A DNA stretch of 64,000 nt from Omnitrophica bacterium GWA2_41_15 (GCA_919902675.1 CAKKRH010000001.1:128003-192002); one strand, 5' to 3'. Counted from the stretch's first letter, positions 17,152-27,787 are shown. A program made the numbers and translations. The notes: generated by a model not told the origin, from the sequence alone.

Positions 17152-18051
17152 CTATTCTTTGCTTTTTTCTAAAACCATTGCTTTGCTGAAAGAAATCTTT
17201 TTTTCGCTGGCCAGATTATATATATCTAAAGTCAGGAAGTCGCTAAAGTTGTATATTTTAAAGACGGTCCTGATTGATTTCAAGACCTCTTTTTCTATAT
17301 CCACACTGCCCGCCTTAGGAAGATCGGAAGAACGGCTGAATTTTATCCGCAGTCTCTGTTTTATCTGATCGATTAAAAACCTTTCAAAATTCACATCATA
17401 GAATTCCAGGTGTTCGCCTTTAAGGTCTCCGATTGCCTCCGGAGTGAGCTTGATATCCTCAACAGTGCGATATTGGTATTCTGTCCAGGAAATCATTTCG
17501 TAGAGAACCTTCTTTAAGTCATCAATATAGGTGGTGTCTGTGAGCTCAAATCCGTTTTTGGTATCCGCGGTCACCACCGTGAAAAACCTGGGGCCGTTTA
17601 TCTCTCGTTTGAGGCTAAAGACTACCCTGCGCACGCAGCGCAATACCTTATTTATTTTTTTACCGGCCTCAGGATTAAACTTTTTGTTTTGGCTTTCTTT
17701 GGTTTCCGGGATTTCCCGGATGTCATAGACGAAGTTTAAGGTCTTTTCCTTAAGAATTCCCTCCGCCTGTTTAAAATCAAATCTCGAAATGGATTCCAGG
17801 GGTTTATCCGAATCAACTAAAAGATCTTCTTCCAGAGGCAGATATATCCATAAGGTTTGCCCGATTAGCTTAGATACCAGATTTAGCTGGTATTCCTCCC
17901 GGGCTATTTTTACTACTGATTCAGCTATGTTTTTTGATGTGTAGGTAGGCTCGGAGGGAAGAAGATTGCATCCCCAGAGAGAAAAGAGTAAAACTGTCAG
18001 CCATAATCTGCGGGCGGGGAGGAATTTTTTGAGGCTAGCGCGTTGTAACAT
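17152..18051 (-). CDS. Hypothetical lipoprotein
   Basis: 299-aa ORF with signal peptide and lipobox (LWGC). No recognised domain. Confidence 0.45.
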   Translation of the reverse strand: MLQRASLKKFLPARRLWLTVLLFSLWGCNLLPSEPTYTSKNIAESVVKIAREEYQLNLVSKLIGQTLWIYLPLEEDLLVDSDKPLESISRFDFKQAEGILKEKTLNFVYDIREIPETKESQNKKFNPEAGKKINKVLRCVRRVVFSLKREINGPRFFTVVTADTKNGFELTDTTYIDDLKKVLYEMISWTEYQYRTVEDIKLTPEAIGDLKGEHLEFYDVNFERFLIDQIKQRLRIKFSRSSDLPKAGSVDIEKEVLKSIRTVFKIYNFSDFLTLDIYNLASEKKISFSKAMVLEKSKE

Positions 18052-18074
18052 TAATTTTGGATATTACAACGCGC

Positions 18075-19739
18075 TTACTGGGCGCGGCCTTTGCCGAATT
18101 CTTTGAAAATAGCCTCGATTTCATCATAGTTAAGTTCTTCTTTGGCAATCAGTTCTTTGGCTAAACGTTCCAGCAGGGCGTCTTCTTTCTTGAGTAATTC
18201 TTCAACTTCTCTGAGGCAGGCCTGCATTATCTCCTGAGCATCGATGTCTAAGCGGCTCTTGGTTTCCTCAGAGATATATTTATTATCTATGGCGTGAAAA
18301 TCACCGATCAGCCCGGTTTTGCCCATGCCAAAGCGCCAGACCATATTATGGGCGGTAGAAAAAGCCGTGTTAAAGTCTCCGCTTACCCCGGCGGTAGTGA
18401 AGCCCAATTTTAATTTCTCCGCGGCATAAGAACCAAGCGATATCTTTATTTCATCTAAAAGCTGATTCTGGTTTTCAATAAGAATTTCCTCGCGCTGGGG
18501 AACCCAGGTGGCGCCGCCGGTATGGCCGCGGGGAGTAATGGTAACCTTGAAGACATCTTTTTTAGGAACCAGTAGATAGGTGGTTACGGCGTGCCCGGCT
18601 TCATGATAGGCGGTTTGCAGTTTTTCCTCGGCTCCGTATTTAAATCTCCTCTTTATACCTAAAGCTATCCGCTCTCTGGCGTCGTCAATTTCTTTATCGC
18701 TGATTAGCTGTTTTTTATTGCGGATCGCGATTAACGCCGCCTCCTTGATGATATTGGCGATATCCGCCGGGCTGTATCCGACACAAATGCGGGCTAGGCG
18801 GTCTACTTTTATGGTAGCCGCGTCATATTCCACATCTTTAAGATAATAGGTGAATAACTTTTGCCGGTCTTCCAGATTGGGTTTATCCACGTAAATTTTA
18901 CGGTCAAACCTGCCCGGACGTAAAAGGGCGACGTCAAGAATATTTTCCGGAGCATTGGTCGCGCCGATTATGACAATATTCAGGTCTTTTTCTTTTAAGC
19001 CGTCCATTTCCACCAGGAGCTGGTTGAGGGTCTGATTGTGTTCGGCTTGTCCGCCGCCTCCACCTCTTTCTATACCGCGGGCCGTGCCTAAGGCATCAAG
19101 TTCATCAATAAAAATAAGGCACCCTCCGTCTAATTCCGCTAAATGGCGGGCTTTTTTAAAGAGGCTGCGGATTCTTCCCGCGCCCACGCCCACAAACATT
19201 TCCACAAATTCCGAGCCGGACATGGAGATGAAAGGAAGCTTGGCTTCAGTAGCAATGGCCTTGGCTAAATAGGTTTTACCGCAGCCGGGAGGCCCGAGCA
19301 TAAGCAGTCCTTTTAAAATTTTTCCGCCGATTTTATGCAAGGCCGCCCGGTCCATAATTAAATTCACTACCTCCAGGGCTTCTTGTTTAGCTTCATCCAT
19401 GCCAATTACATCATTCCAGGTGATTCCAATCTTCGCGCCGGCAATTGACTTTTTGCTGGTCTGGCTAAAGGAGCCGGCGCCTTTTTTGTAAATAAGCCAG
19501 TAAAAAAGCCAGGTGGTGATAACTCCCTGGATGAGCCCCATAACCATCCACATAAACATTTGCAGGGGTATTGCGGCTAATTGTGTCTGCCTAAGATAGG
19601 ATTCCGACTCTTTCCAGGCCTTGAGTCCGCTGAAGATTATGATTATAGTGGTAATGAGCGTCGCCAGTATAATAACCGAGAGAATAAGCTTAATCCAATG
19701 CAGGTTCAGATAAAATTTTATTTTTCTCCAATTCATCAT
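18075..19739 (-). CDS. ftsH: ATP-dependent zinc metalloprotease FtsH (short N-terminal region)
   Basis: Walker A GPPGCGKT, Walker B IIFIDELDA-like (LIFIDELDA), SRH region, and HEAGHA zinc site. Confidence 0.9.
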   Translation of the reverse strand: MMNWRKIKFYLNLHWIKLILSVIILATLITTIIIIFSGLKAWKESESYLRQTQLAAIPLQMFMWMVMGLIQGVITTWLFYWLIYKKGAGSFSQTSKKSIAGAKIGITWNDVIGMDEAKQEALEVVNLIMDRAALHKIGGKILKGLLMLGPPGCGKTYLAKAIATEAKLPFISMSGSEFVEMFVGVGAGRIRSLFKKARHLAELDGGCLIFIDELDALGTARGIERGGGGGQAEHNQTLNQLLVEMDGLKEKDLNIVIIGATNAPENILDVALLRPGRFDRKIYVDKPNLEDRQKLFTYYLKDVEYDAATIKVDRLARICVGYSPADIANIIKEAALIAIRNKKQLISDKEIDDARERIALGIKRRFKYGAEEKLQTAYHEAGHAVTTYLLVPKKDVFKVTITPRGHTGGATWVPQREEILIENQNQLLDEIKISLGSYAAEKLKLGFTTAGVSGDFNTAFSTAHNMVWRFGMGKTGLIGDFHAIDNKYISEETKSRLDIDAQEIMQACLREVEELLKKEDALLERLAKELIAKEELNYDEIEAIFKEFGKGRAQ

Positions 19740-19998
19740 TATTTCTCCGTTTGTAGTATATTAAGGCGCGTTACTTAAGATGTTTATTCTATGGAAGATA
19801 GCATATTTAACAATCGTAGTCAAATCTTTTCTTGGTAACTTCTTCTGTGGCCGGTAAGTGAACGAGAATAACAATGATATTTTAGGATAGGCGGGGTTTT
19901 TCCTGCCTTGCCGGCTTGCCTCTCGGCGCTCGTCTAGCGGCTAAGCCGCTGGAAGCCGAGGGCAGGCAGGTAACCCGCACTTGGCCGTAAATGTCCGC

Positions 19999-20026
19999 TT
20001 GACTTAAGTGCTTTTGTGGATATAAT
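19999..20026 (+). promoter_or_regulatory. Sigma70-like promoter of eno
   Basis: TTGACT (19999-20004), 16-nt spacer, TATAAT (20021-20026). Confidence 0.55.
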
Positions 20027-20047
20027 TACATTGTGCGTATCTGATGA

Positions 20048-21344
<1,297 letters not shown>

Positions 21345-21346
<2 letters not shown>

Positions 21347-21413
21347 TTTATAGTTGATAGCAGAAAACGAAAAGTATATTCTGCCATAAACCATAAGCTA
21401 TAAACTATCAACT
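21345..21413 (+). repeat. Heptamer-built hairpin downstream of eno
   Basis: AGTTTAT AGTTGAT AG (21345-21360) pairs with CT ATAAACT ATCAACT (21398-21413) at 14 of 16 positions. Confidence 0.6.
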
Positions 21414-21424
21414 GACACTTTAGC

Positions 21425-21703
21425 ATGCTCAAGATATTTAAGCAGACATCCTTCTTGGCGGCAGTGGGTATACTTTTGGTTATTTTTATACCCGGCTACG
21501 CCAAAATCCAGGAACTGCGCCGGAAAAACCAGGAATTAGAGGCCAGTGTCAGGAAACTGCAGGCTGAAAATTCCGCCTTTCAGCGGGAAAAGGAAAGATT
21601 GGAAAATGACCCGGAGTATCTGGAGCAGGTAGGCCGGAAGGAATTGGGCATTGTCAAAAAGGGCGAAATAGCCTACAGGCTGGTTCCCCAAGAGAAGAAA
21701 TAA
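21425..21703 (+). CDS. ftsB: Septum formation initiator (FtsB/DivIC family)
   Basis: 92-aa protein with one TM helix and a coiled coil (ELRRKNQELEASVRKLQAEN), ending in the GEIAYRLV motif. Confidence 0.65.
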   Translation: MLKIFKQTSFLAAVGILLVIFIPGYAKIQELRRKNQELEASVRKLQAENSAFQREKERLENDPEYLEQVGRKELGIVKKGEIAYRLVPQEKK

Positions 21704-21741
21704 AAATATAGACAATTTTATTTTTTGTGATATTATAATTA

Positions 21742-21818
21742 CGCGGGGTGGAGCAGCCTGGTAGCTCGTGAGGCTCATAACCTTAAGGTCGATAGTTCAA
21801 ATCTATCCCCCGCAACCA
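21742..21818 (+). tRNA. tRNA-Met (CAT), probably initiator; CCA encoded
   Basis: Acceptor CGCGGGG/CCCCGCA with a C1:A72 mismatch and an A11:T24 pair (initiator hallmarks). Anticodon arm TGAGG-CTCATAA-CCTTA, T arm GATAG-TTCAAAT-CTATC, then ACCA. The anticodon stem lacks the canonical three G-C pairs. Confidence 0.85.
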
Positions 21819-21906
21819 CCTTAATACGCAAAAGCCGTTTGATTTTAAGCGGCTTTTGCATTTGGGGCAGTGCCGCCGAGGGCTTTTGACGAGGCGACCA
21901 ACCATT

Positions 21907-21945
21907 AAAACCCGTTCCGACTTGTTTAGTCGGGGCGGGTTTTTC
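21907..21945 (+). terminator. Rho-independent terminator downstream of tRNA-Met
   Basis: AAAACCCG (21907-21914) pairs with CGGGTTTT (21937-21944). Inner stem CCGAC/GTCGG. T run follows. Confidence 0.6.
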
Positions 21946-21947
21946 AT

Positions 21948-21976
21948 TTGACGCTTGGGGTGATTTCTGTTACAAT
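21948..21976 (+). promoter_or_regulatory. Sigma70-like promoter of the purB-led purine cluster
   Basis: TTGACG (21948-21953), 17-nt spacer, TACAAT (21971-21976). Confidence 0.6.
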
Positions 21977-22036
21977 ATTTCTTCTTGCGGTATAGCCGAT
22001 TAATAATAAAAATCATACTTCATCACGGGGGTAATT

Positions 22037-23350
22037 ATGATTCCGCGCTACAGCCTTCCTCAAATGTCTGCCGTCTGGCAGGATGAGTCAAAACTCAGCA
22101 AATTTTTAGAAATTGAAGTGCTTACCTGCGAAGCCTACGCCAAATTAGGCAGGATACCTAAGGATGCGGCCGGGAAAATCCGCCGCCAGGCAAAATTTGA
22201 CCTTAAGCGGGTCAATAAGTTAGAGGAAGCCACTCAGCATGATGTGGTGGCCTTTGTCAGTTGCGTGGGAGAATCTTTAGGCCCTTATGCCAAATATCTG
22301 CATATTGGGCTTACCTCCAGCGACCTTCTGGATACTACCTTGGCTTTACAGGCTAAAGAGGCGGCTGAGATATTGATCGAGGATTTAGAGAGACTGCTTA
22401 AAGCCCTGGCTAAGAAGGCCCGTCTTTATAAAGATATGGTCTGTATGGGCCGGACTCACGGGGTGCACGCTGAGCCGACCACCTTCGGCTTGAAGTTAGC
22501 TCTGATGTATGATGAAACCCAGCGTAATTTAGAAAGGCTGAATTGGGAGAAAACGTTTATCTCTGTGGGAAAGCTTTCCGGCGCGGTAGGCACCTATTCC
22601 AATATTGACCCCCGGGTTGAGGCCTATGTTTGTGGTAAGCTAGGCTTAAGGTCAGCTAGGATTTCCACCCAGATTATTTCCCGGGATATTCACGCTGAGT
22701 TTATTAATGTCTTGGCCTTGGTGGGCTCTTCTTTAGAGAAATTCGCCACTGAAATCCGCCATCTCCAGCGCACTGAGGTTTTAGAGGCCGAGGAACCCTT
22801 TGGCCGGGGGCAAAAAGGCTCTTCGGCAATGCCCCATAAGCGCAATCCGGTTATCTGCGAACGTATCTGCGGTTTGGCCAGGATTTTAAGGGCCAATGCC
22901 ATGGCGGCCTTAGAAAATGTGAATCTTTGGCATGAGCGGGACATCAGCCATTCCTCTGCCGAGAGGGTGATTTTTCCCGATTCTACCATTGCCCTGGATT
23001 ATATGCTCAATAAGTTCATTGAGGTAATTGAAGGCCTGAAGGTATATCCGGAGAATATGCTGGAGAATTTGGTCCGCACCAAGGGTTTGATATTTTCCCA
23101 AAGACTATTGCTTATGTTGATGGATAAGGGTTTAAAAAGATCCACAGCCTATGATTTGGTGCAGGTATTGGCAATGAAAAGCTGGAAGGAAAAGCTGAAT
23201 TTCAAGGATTTGGTTTCCCGGGATAAGGGTATTGCTAACTATCTTAACGCCAAAGAGATTGAATCTTGCTTTGAATTGGATTATTACCTGCGTAATGTGG
23301 ATAAGATTTTCAAAAAAATAGGATTGTCTGTTAAAGATGGCGGTATATAA
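22037..23350 (+). CDS. purB: Adenylosuccinate lyase
   Basis: GLTSSDLLDT, MCMGRTHGVHAEPTTFG and SSAMPHKRNP signature motifs. Confidence 0.93.
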   Translation: MIPRYSLPQMSAVWQDESKLSKFLEIEVLTCEAYAKLGRIPKDAAGKIRRQAKFDLKRVNKLEEATQHDVVAFVSCVGESLGPYAKYLHIGLTSSDLLDTTLALQAKEAAEILIEDLERLLKALAKKARLYKDMVCMGRTHGVHAEPTTFGLKLALMYDETQRNLERLNWEKTFISVGKLSGAVGTYSNIDPRVEAYVCGKLGLRSARISTQIISRDIHAEFINVLALVGSSLEKFATEIRHLQRTEVLEAEEPFGRGQKGSSAMPHKRNPVICERICGLARILRANAMAALENVNLWHERDISHSSAERVIFPDSTIALDYMLNKFIEVIEGLKVYPENMLENLVRTKGLIFSQRLLLMLMDKGLKRSTAYDLVQVLAMKSWKEKLNFKDLVSRDKGIANYLNAKEIESCFELDYYLRNVDKIFKKIGLSVKDGGI

Positions 23351-26336
23351 AGTTAAGGTTTTTGATAAACAGGGTGTTTTTGACGCTGTGGGCCAAGGCG
23401 TACTCAGGGATATTCGGGACTTAGGCATAGAGTCTGCCAAAGAAGCGCGTTTCGCCTTTTTGTATTACTTAAGCGGCGATATTGACGAGACGGTAGTCAG
23501 GCGCATCGCTGAGGAACTGCTCATTGACAAAATTACCCAGGAGTATTCCATAGAAAGCAGCCACCGCCAAATGGCGGGGTGCCGCCACGGGCGGCAAGAG
23601 CCGAAAGCCGAAAACCGAGAGTTGATAGAGGTGGCTTATAATTCCGGGGTAATGGATCCGGTTGAGGAGTCGCTTTTAAAGGCGGTCTCGGATATGGGTA
23701 TTTCCGGGCTTAATTCCGCGCGCACTGCCAGGCAGTATATTTTAGAAGGCAGTCTTTCGGATAGAGAGCTAAAGATAATCAGCGAGAAGCTTCTTTATAA
23801 TAAAGTGATTCAGCATATTGTCAAGTCCACAGTCCACAGTCCACAGTCCACAGCTTTGTCCCAAGGTGGATATAAGTTTAAACTGCTTACGATAGATTTA
23901 CTCAAGGCCTCGGATAAGAAACTGTGTCAGATAAGCAGGCAAGGGCAATTATTTTTGAATCTTTCCGAGATGCGCCAGATTAGGGATTATTTTAAGAAAT
24001 TAGGCCGCAAGCCTACAGATGTTGAGTTGGAGACTATTGCCCAGACCTGGAGTGAGCATTGCCGGCATAAGACGTTTAGAGGGAAGATTGAATATGTTGA
24101 AGAAATCCGAAATCCGAAATCCGAAATCCGAAACAAACCCAAAACCCAAAACCCAAAACCCAAAACAAAAATAATAAACAATCTTCTGAAATCCACCATA
24201 ATGAAGGTTACTAAGGAGTTGAATAAGCCCTGGTGCGTTTCGGTGTTTGAGGATAATTCCGGGGTGATTAAGTTTGACGATGAATACAATATCTGTTTTA
24301 AGGTGGAAACGCATAATCATCCTTCCGCGCTTGAGCCTTTTGGCGGGGCCAATACCGGAATCGGCGGGGTAATCCGGGATCCTATGGGGACAGGCCTGGG
24401 GGCCAAGCCGATTTTTAATACCGATGTTTTTTGTTTTGGCCCTCCGGATTATCCCCAGGGTAAACTTTCCCGGGGCGTTCTGCATCCTAAGCGTGTTGCC
24501 AAAGGGGTGGTCAGCGGGGTGCGGGATTATGGTAATAAAATGGGAATTCCCACCATAAACGGAGCGGTTTTGTTTGATCCGGGTTATATTGCCAATCCTC
24601 TGGTATGCTGCGGCACCGCCGGAATATTACCCAAGGATAAATCTTTTAAAAAGGTTTCCAGGGGAGACTTGATTGTGGTAGCAGGCGGCAGGACCGGAAG
24701 AGACGGTATCCACGGGGCAACCTTTTCCTCGGGTGAGCTTACCGAGAAATCAGAAGAGATTTCCGGGGGAGCAGTCCAGATTGGCAATCCCATAACTGAG
24801 AAAAAGGTGCTGGAGGCGCTTTTGCAGGCCCGGGATAAAAATTTGTATTCAGCCATTACTGATTGCGGGGCAGGAGGCTTGTCCAGCGCGGTGGGGGAAA
24901 TGGGGGAGAAGTTAGGCGCGCGGGTAGACTTAGAAAAAGTGCCTTTAAAATACCAGGGGCTTAGTTACGCCGAGATTTGGATTTCTGAGGCCCAGGAGAG
25001 GATGGTTCTGGCGGTGCCTAAAGAAAACATAGATGAGCTTTTAGAATTATGCGCCGGGGAGAATGTTGAGGCTGTGGTGATTGGGGAATTTAGCGGCACT
25101 AAAAAGTTAGAATTGTTTTATCAGGGGAATAAAGTTGGGAATCTGGATACGGACTTTATGCATAACGGCCTTCCCCGGACAATCAAAAAGGCGGTCTGGA
25201 AGCAACTAAGATATCAGGAGCCGGATTTCAACTGTCCTCAGGATTTAACCGAGACCTTAAAGAAGCTTTTAGGCCATTACAATATCTCTTCCAAGGAATG
25301 GGTTATCCGCCAGTATGACCATGAGGTTCAGGGCGGCTCAGTGCTCAGGCCGTTGGTGGGAATTGCCAATGACGGGCCTTCGGATGCCGCCATAGTCAAG
25401 CCTCGCCTGGAAACCGATCGCGGGGTGATTGTTTCCTGCGGGATAAATTTTAAATTCGGACTGATTGACCCTTACTGGATGGCGGCTTCTTCCATCGATG
25501 AGGCCTTGCGCCAGATTATTGCCGTAGGCGGCTCATTGAAAGAAGCGGCTTTATTGGATAATTTCTGCTGGGGCAATCCGGATAAGCCGGACCGGCTGGG
25601 TTCTTTGGTGCGCGCCGCCTTAGGTTGTTATAAAATCGCTAAGGGTTTTGGGACGCCTTTTATTTCAGGAAAGGACAGCCTGTATAATGAGTATTCGGTT
25701 GAGGGAAAATCTCAGGCTATTCCCGGGACACTATTGATTTCCGCGATCGCGGTTATGGATGATGTTACTCAGGCTGTTTCCATGGATGCCAAAAAGGAAG
25801 GAAATTTGATTTATGTTATCGGGGATACCTTTGATGAATTAGGCGGATCGCACTATTTTGATATTTTGGGTTTCATCGGAAATAATGTGCCTAAGGTAGA
25901 TGTGAAAAGAGCGAAACTCCTGATGGAGAGAGTTTCTCTTGCTTCCAGGCGAAGTTTAATTCGAGCCGCCCACGATTGTTCTGAGGGCGGCCTGGCCGTG
26001 GCTTTGGCGGAGATGGCCTTTGCCGGCGGCTTGGGGATGGAGATTTTTCTTAGTGAAGTGCCCTATAGGACAGTCCACAGTCCACAGTCCATAGTCCACA
26101 GTAAAAGAAACGATACAATTTTGTTTTCAGAGTCAAATTCACGGTTCATAGTTGAAGTAGAAAAAAAGAAACAGAAAGAGTTTGAGAAGCTGATGCGCGG
26201 AGTTTCTTGCGGCCTGATTGGCTGTGTGTCCGAGAAAAGATATTTTAAGGTTTACGGCTTGGACAATAAGCCTTGCGTTGAGGCGGATATTTACGATTTG
26301 AAAGAATCCTGGCAGAAGCCATTACGATGGGGGTAA
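23337..26336 (+). CDS. purL: Phosphoribosylformylglycinamidine synthase: tandem PurS-like domains fused to PurL (FGAM synthase II), carrying repeat-derived inserts
   Basis: N-terminal PurS-like MAVYKVKVFDKQGVFDAVGQGV and a second PurS-like NSGVMDPVEESLLKAV block. PurL core motifs WSEHCRHKTF, ETHNHPSALEPFGGANTGIGG and GNPITEKK. 999 aa. Confidence 0.9.
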   Translation: MAVYKVKVFDKQGVFDAVGQGVLRDIRDLGIESAKEARFAFLYYLSGDIDETVVRRIAEELLIDKITQEYSIESSHRQMAGCRHGRQEPKAENRELIEVAYNSGVMDPVEESLLKAVSDMGISGLNSARTARQYILEGSLSDRELKIISEKLLYNKVIQHIVKSTVHSPQSTALSQGGYKFKLLTIDLLKASDKKLCQISRQGQLFLNLSEMRQIRDYFKKLGRKPTDVELETIAQTWSEHCRHKTFRGKIEYVEEIRNPKSEIRNKPKTQNPKPKTKIINNLLKSTIMKVTKELNKPWCVSVFEDNSGVIKFDDEYNICFKVETHNHPSALEPFGGANTGIGGVIRDPMGTGLGAKPIFNTDVFCFGPPDYPQGKLSRGVLHPKRVAKGVVSGVRDYGNKMGIPTINGAVLFDPGYIANPLVCCGTAGILPKDKSFKKVSRGDLIVVAGGRTGRDGIHGATFSSGELTEKSEEISGGAVQIGNPITEKKVLEALLQARDKNLYSAITDCGAGGLSSAVGEMGEKLGARVDLEKVPLKYQGLSYAEIWISEAQERMVLAVPKENIDELLELCAGENVEAVVIGEFSGTKKLELFYQGNKVGNLDTDFMHNGLPRTIKKAVWKQLRYQEPDFNCPQDLTETLKKLLGHYNISSKEWVIRQYDHEVQGGSVLRPLVGIANDGPSDAAIVKPRLETDRGVIVSCGINFKFGLIDPYWMAASSIDEALRQIIAVGGSLKEAALLDNFCWGNPDKPDRLGSLVRAALGCYKIAKGFGTPFISGKDSLYNEYSVEGKSQAIPGTLLISAIAVMDDVTQAVSMDAKKEGNLIYVIGDTFDELGGSHYFDILGFIGNNVPKVDVKRAKLLMERVSLASRRSLIRAAHDCSEGGLAVALAEMAFAGGLGMEIFLSEVPYRTVHSPQSIVHSKRNDTILFSESNSRFIVEVEKKKQKEFEKLMRGVSCGLIGCVSEKRYFKVYGLDNKPCVEADIYDLKESWQKPLRWG
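23824..23853 (+). repeat. 30-nt module (AGTCCAC)4AG, copy 1 (purS2/purL junction)
   Basis: Exact AGTCCACAGTCCACAGTCCACAGTCCACAG, translated KSTVHSPQSTA. Confidence 0.95.
24102..24164 (+). repeat. 63-nt compound heptamer tract inside purL: (GAAATCC)3 GAAACAA (ACCCAAA)4 ACAAAAA
   Basis: Nine consecutive 7-nt units = 21 codons, translated EIRNPKSEIRNKPKTQNPKPKTK. Confidence 0.9.
26072..26101 (+). repeat. 30-nt module (AGTCCAC)4AG, copy 2 (purL C-terminal region), one mismatch
   Basis: AGTCCACAGTCCACAGTCCATAGTCCACAG, translated TVHSPQSIVHS. Confidence 0.95.
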
Positions 26337-26337
26337 G

Positions 26338-26997
26338 ATGATACCAAAACAACTAACCGCTAAAGAGGAATTTACCCACGAAGACCCGTGGCGGATTTTT
26401 AGGATAATGTCGGAGTTCGTGGAGGGTTTTGAGGTTTTATCCGAGGTGGGGGACGCGGTGTCCATATTCGGCTCATCCCGCACTAAACCCAATGATAAGT
26501 ATTACGCCTTAACTGAAGATATCGCCTATCATCTGGCCAAGGCCGGCTATGCCATTATCACCGGAAGCGGGCCCGGAATGATGGAGGCGGCCAATAAGGG
26601 CGCGCGCAGGGCCAAGGGGCATTCCATCGGTTTAAATATTGAAATGCCCAGCGAGCAAAAGTCTAACCGCTACGTGGATACCTTGATAGATTTCCATTAT
26701 TTTTTTATCCGCAAGGTGATGTTTGTCAAATACGCCAAGGCTTTCGTGATTACCCCCGGAGGTTACGGCACCCTGGATGAATTATTTGAGGCCATCAATT
26801 TGATTCAGACTGAACGCATCGGGAAATTTCCGGTAGTTCTGGCCGGAAAAGAATATTGGAGCGGGATACTGCGCTGGCTCAAAAGCACGGTTTTAAAAAG
26901 AGGAAACATTTCAGCCTGCGATTTGGAAATCTTTAAGGTTATTGACGAACCCAAAAAAATCGTCCAATATATTAACAGCTTCTATGGCAAGACCTAA
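26338..26997 (+). CDS. LOG family / TIGR00730-type Rossmann-fold nucleotide-binding protein
   Basis: GSGPGMMEAANKGA and PGGYGTLDELFE motifs. Confidence 0.85.
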   Translation: MIPKQLTAKEEFTHEDPWRIFRIMSEFVEGFEVLSEVGDAVSIFGSSRTKPNDKYYALTEDIAYHLAKAGYAIITGSGPGMMEAANKGARRAKGHSIGLNIEMPSEQKSNRYVDTLIDFHYFFIRKVMFVKYAKAFVITPGGYGTLDELFEAINLIQTERIGKFPVVLAGKEYWSGILRWLKSTVLKRGNISACDLEIFKVIDEPKKIVQYINSFYGKT

Positions 26998-27787
26998 GGT
27001 TTTAGTTTTACGCGCCGCGGGAACTAACTGTGATATGGAAACCGCCTTTGCTTTTTCCCGCGCCGGGGCGGTGGTTGAGCGGGTGCATATCAATCAGCTT
27101 AAAAGCCGCGCCAAAGAGCTTTCGCGATATCAAATCTTGGCTCTGCCCGGAGGCTTCAGCTACGGAGATGACCTTGCCGCCGGAAAAATCCTGGCCAATG
27201 AGTTGAAATATACCCTGGCGGATGCGCTCAGGGATTTTATTAAAAATGGGAAACTGATTATCGGCATCTGCAACGGTTTTCAGATTTTGGTTAAGGCCGG
27301 GCTCTTGCCGGGAAACAGCAATTCAGAGCAAGAGGTAACCCTGACTATTAACGATTCAGGAAAGTTTGAAGACCGTTGGACGTATCTGAAAAGTCCACAG
27401 TCCACAGTCCACAGTCCACAGATTAAATGCGTGTGGATAAGCGGGCTGTCTGAAGTAATCTATCTTCCCGTTGCCCATGGGGAAGGCAAGTTTATGGCCA
27501 AAGATAAAGCAGTTTTGGAAAGATTAGAAAATAATGGGCAGGTGGTTTTGCGCTATTGCGATGAAAAGGGAAATCCCGCGCAATACCCGGATAACCCCAA
27601 TGGTTCAGAAAATGCTATTGCCGGGCTTTCGGATGAGACCGGCAGAATCTTCGGCTTAATGCCTCATCCGGAGCGCCATAGCTTTGGCTGGCAAAATCCC
27701 CGCTGGACGCGCCAGGGTTTAAAAAAAGAAGGCGATGGCCTGCTGATTTTCCGTAACGGAGTAGAATATGCCAGAAAACTCATATAA
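26984..27787 (+). CDS. purQ: Phosphoribosylformylglycinamidine synthase I (glutaminase subunit)
   Basis: VLVLRAAGTNCDMETA, GGFSYGDDL, GICNGFQIL and MPHPER motifs. Start moved to ATG 26984 (MARPKV). Confidence 0.9.
   Translation: MARPKVLVLRAAGTNCDMETAFAFSRAGAVVERVHINQLKSRAKELSRYQILALPGGFSYGDDLAAGKILANELKYTLADALRDFIKNGKLIIGICNGFQILVKAGLLPGNSNSEQEVTLTINDSGKFEDRWTYLKSPQSTVHSPQIKCVWISGLSEVIYLPVAHGEGKFMAKDKAVLERLENNGQVVLRYCDEKGNPAQYPDNPNGSENAIAGLSDETGRIFGLMPHPERHSFGWQNPRWTRQGLKKEGDGLLIFRNGVEYARKLI
27392..27421 (+). repeat. 30-nt module (AGTCCAC)4AG, copy 3 (purQ)
   Basis: Exact 30-mer, translated KSPQSTVHSPQI. Confidence 0.95.

Noticed and set aside
21783-22016. 77-aa minus-strand ORF between tRNA-Met and purB
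   Set aside because: It covers the tRNA 3' end, two terminator hairpins and the purB promoter. It is highly basic and low-complexity.
21860-22036. Looked for a purine or ZTP riboswitch in the purB leader
   Set aside because: I could not find the conserved guanine-riboswitch junction sequences or the ZTP (pfl) GGGTCGTGACTGGCG / CCGCCTGGGC-type elements. Only terminator hairpins and a promoter are evident. An Rfam scan would be decisive.
24000-24485. 161-aa minus-strand ORF (and 23987-24289) inside purL
   Set aside because: It is antisense to conserved PurL core motifs. Part of it merely translates the complementary strand of the heptamer tract.
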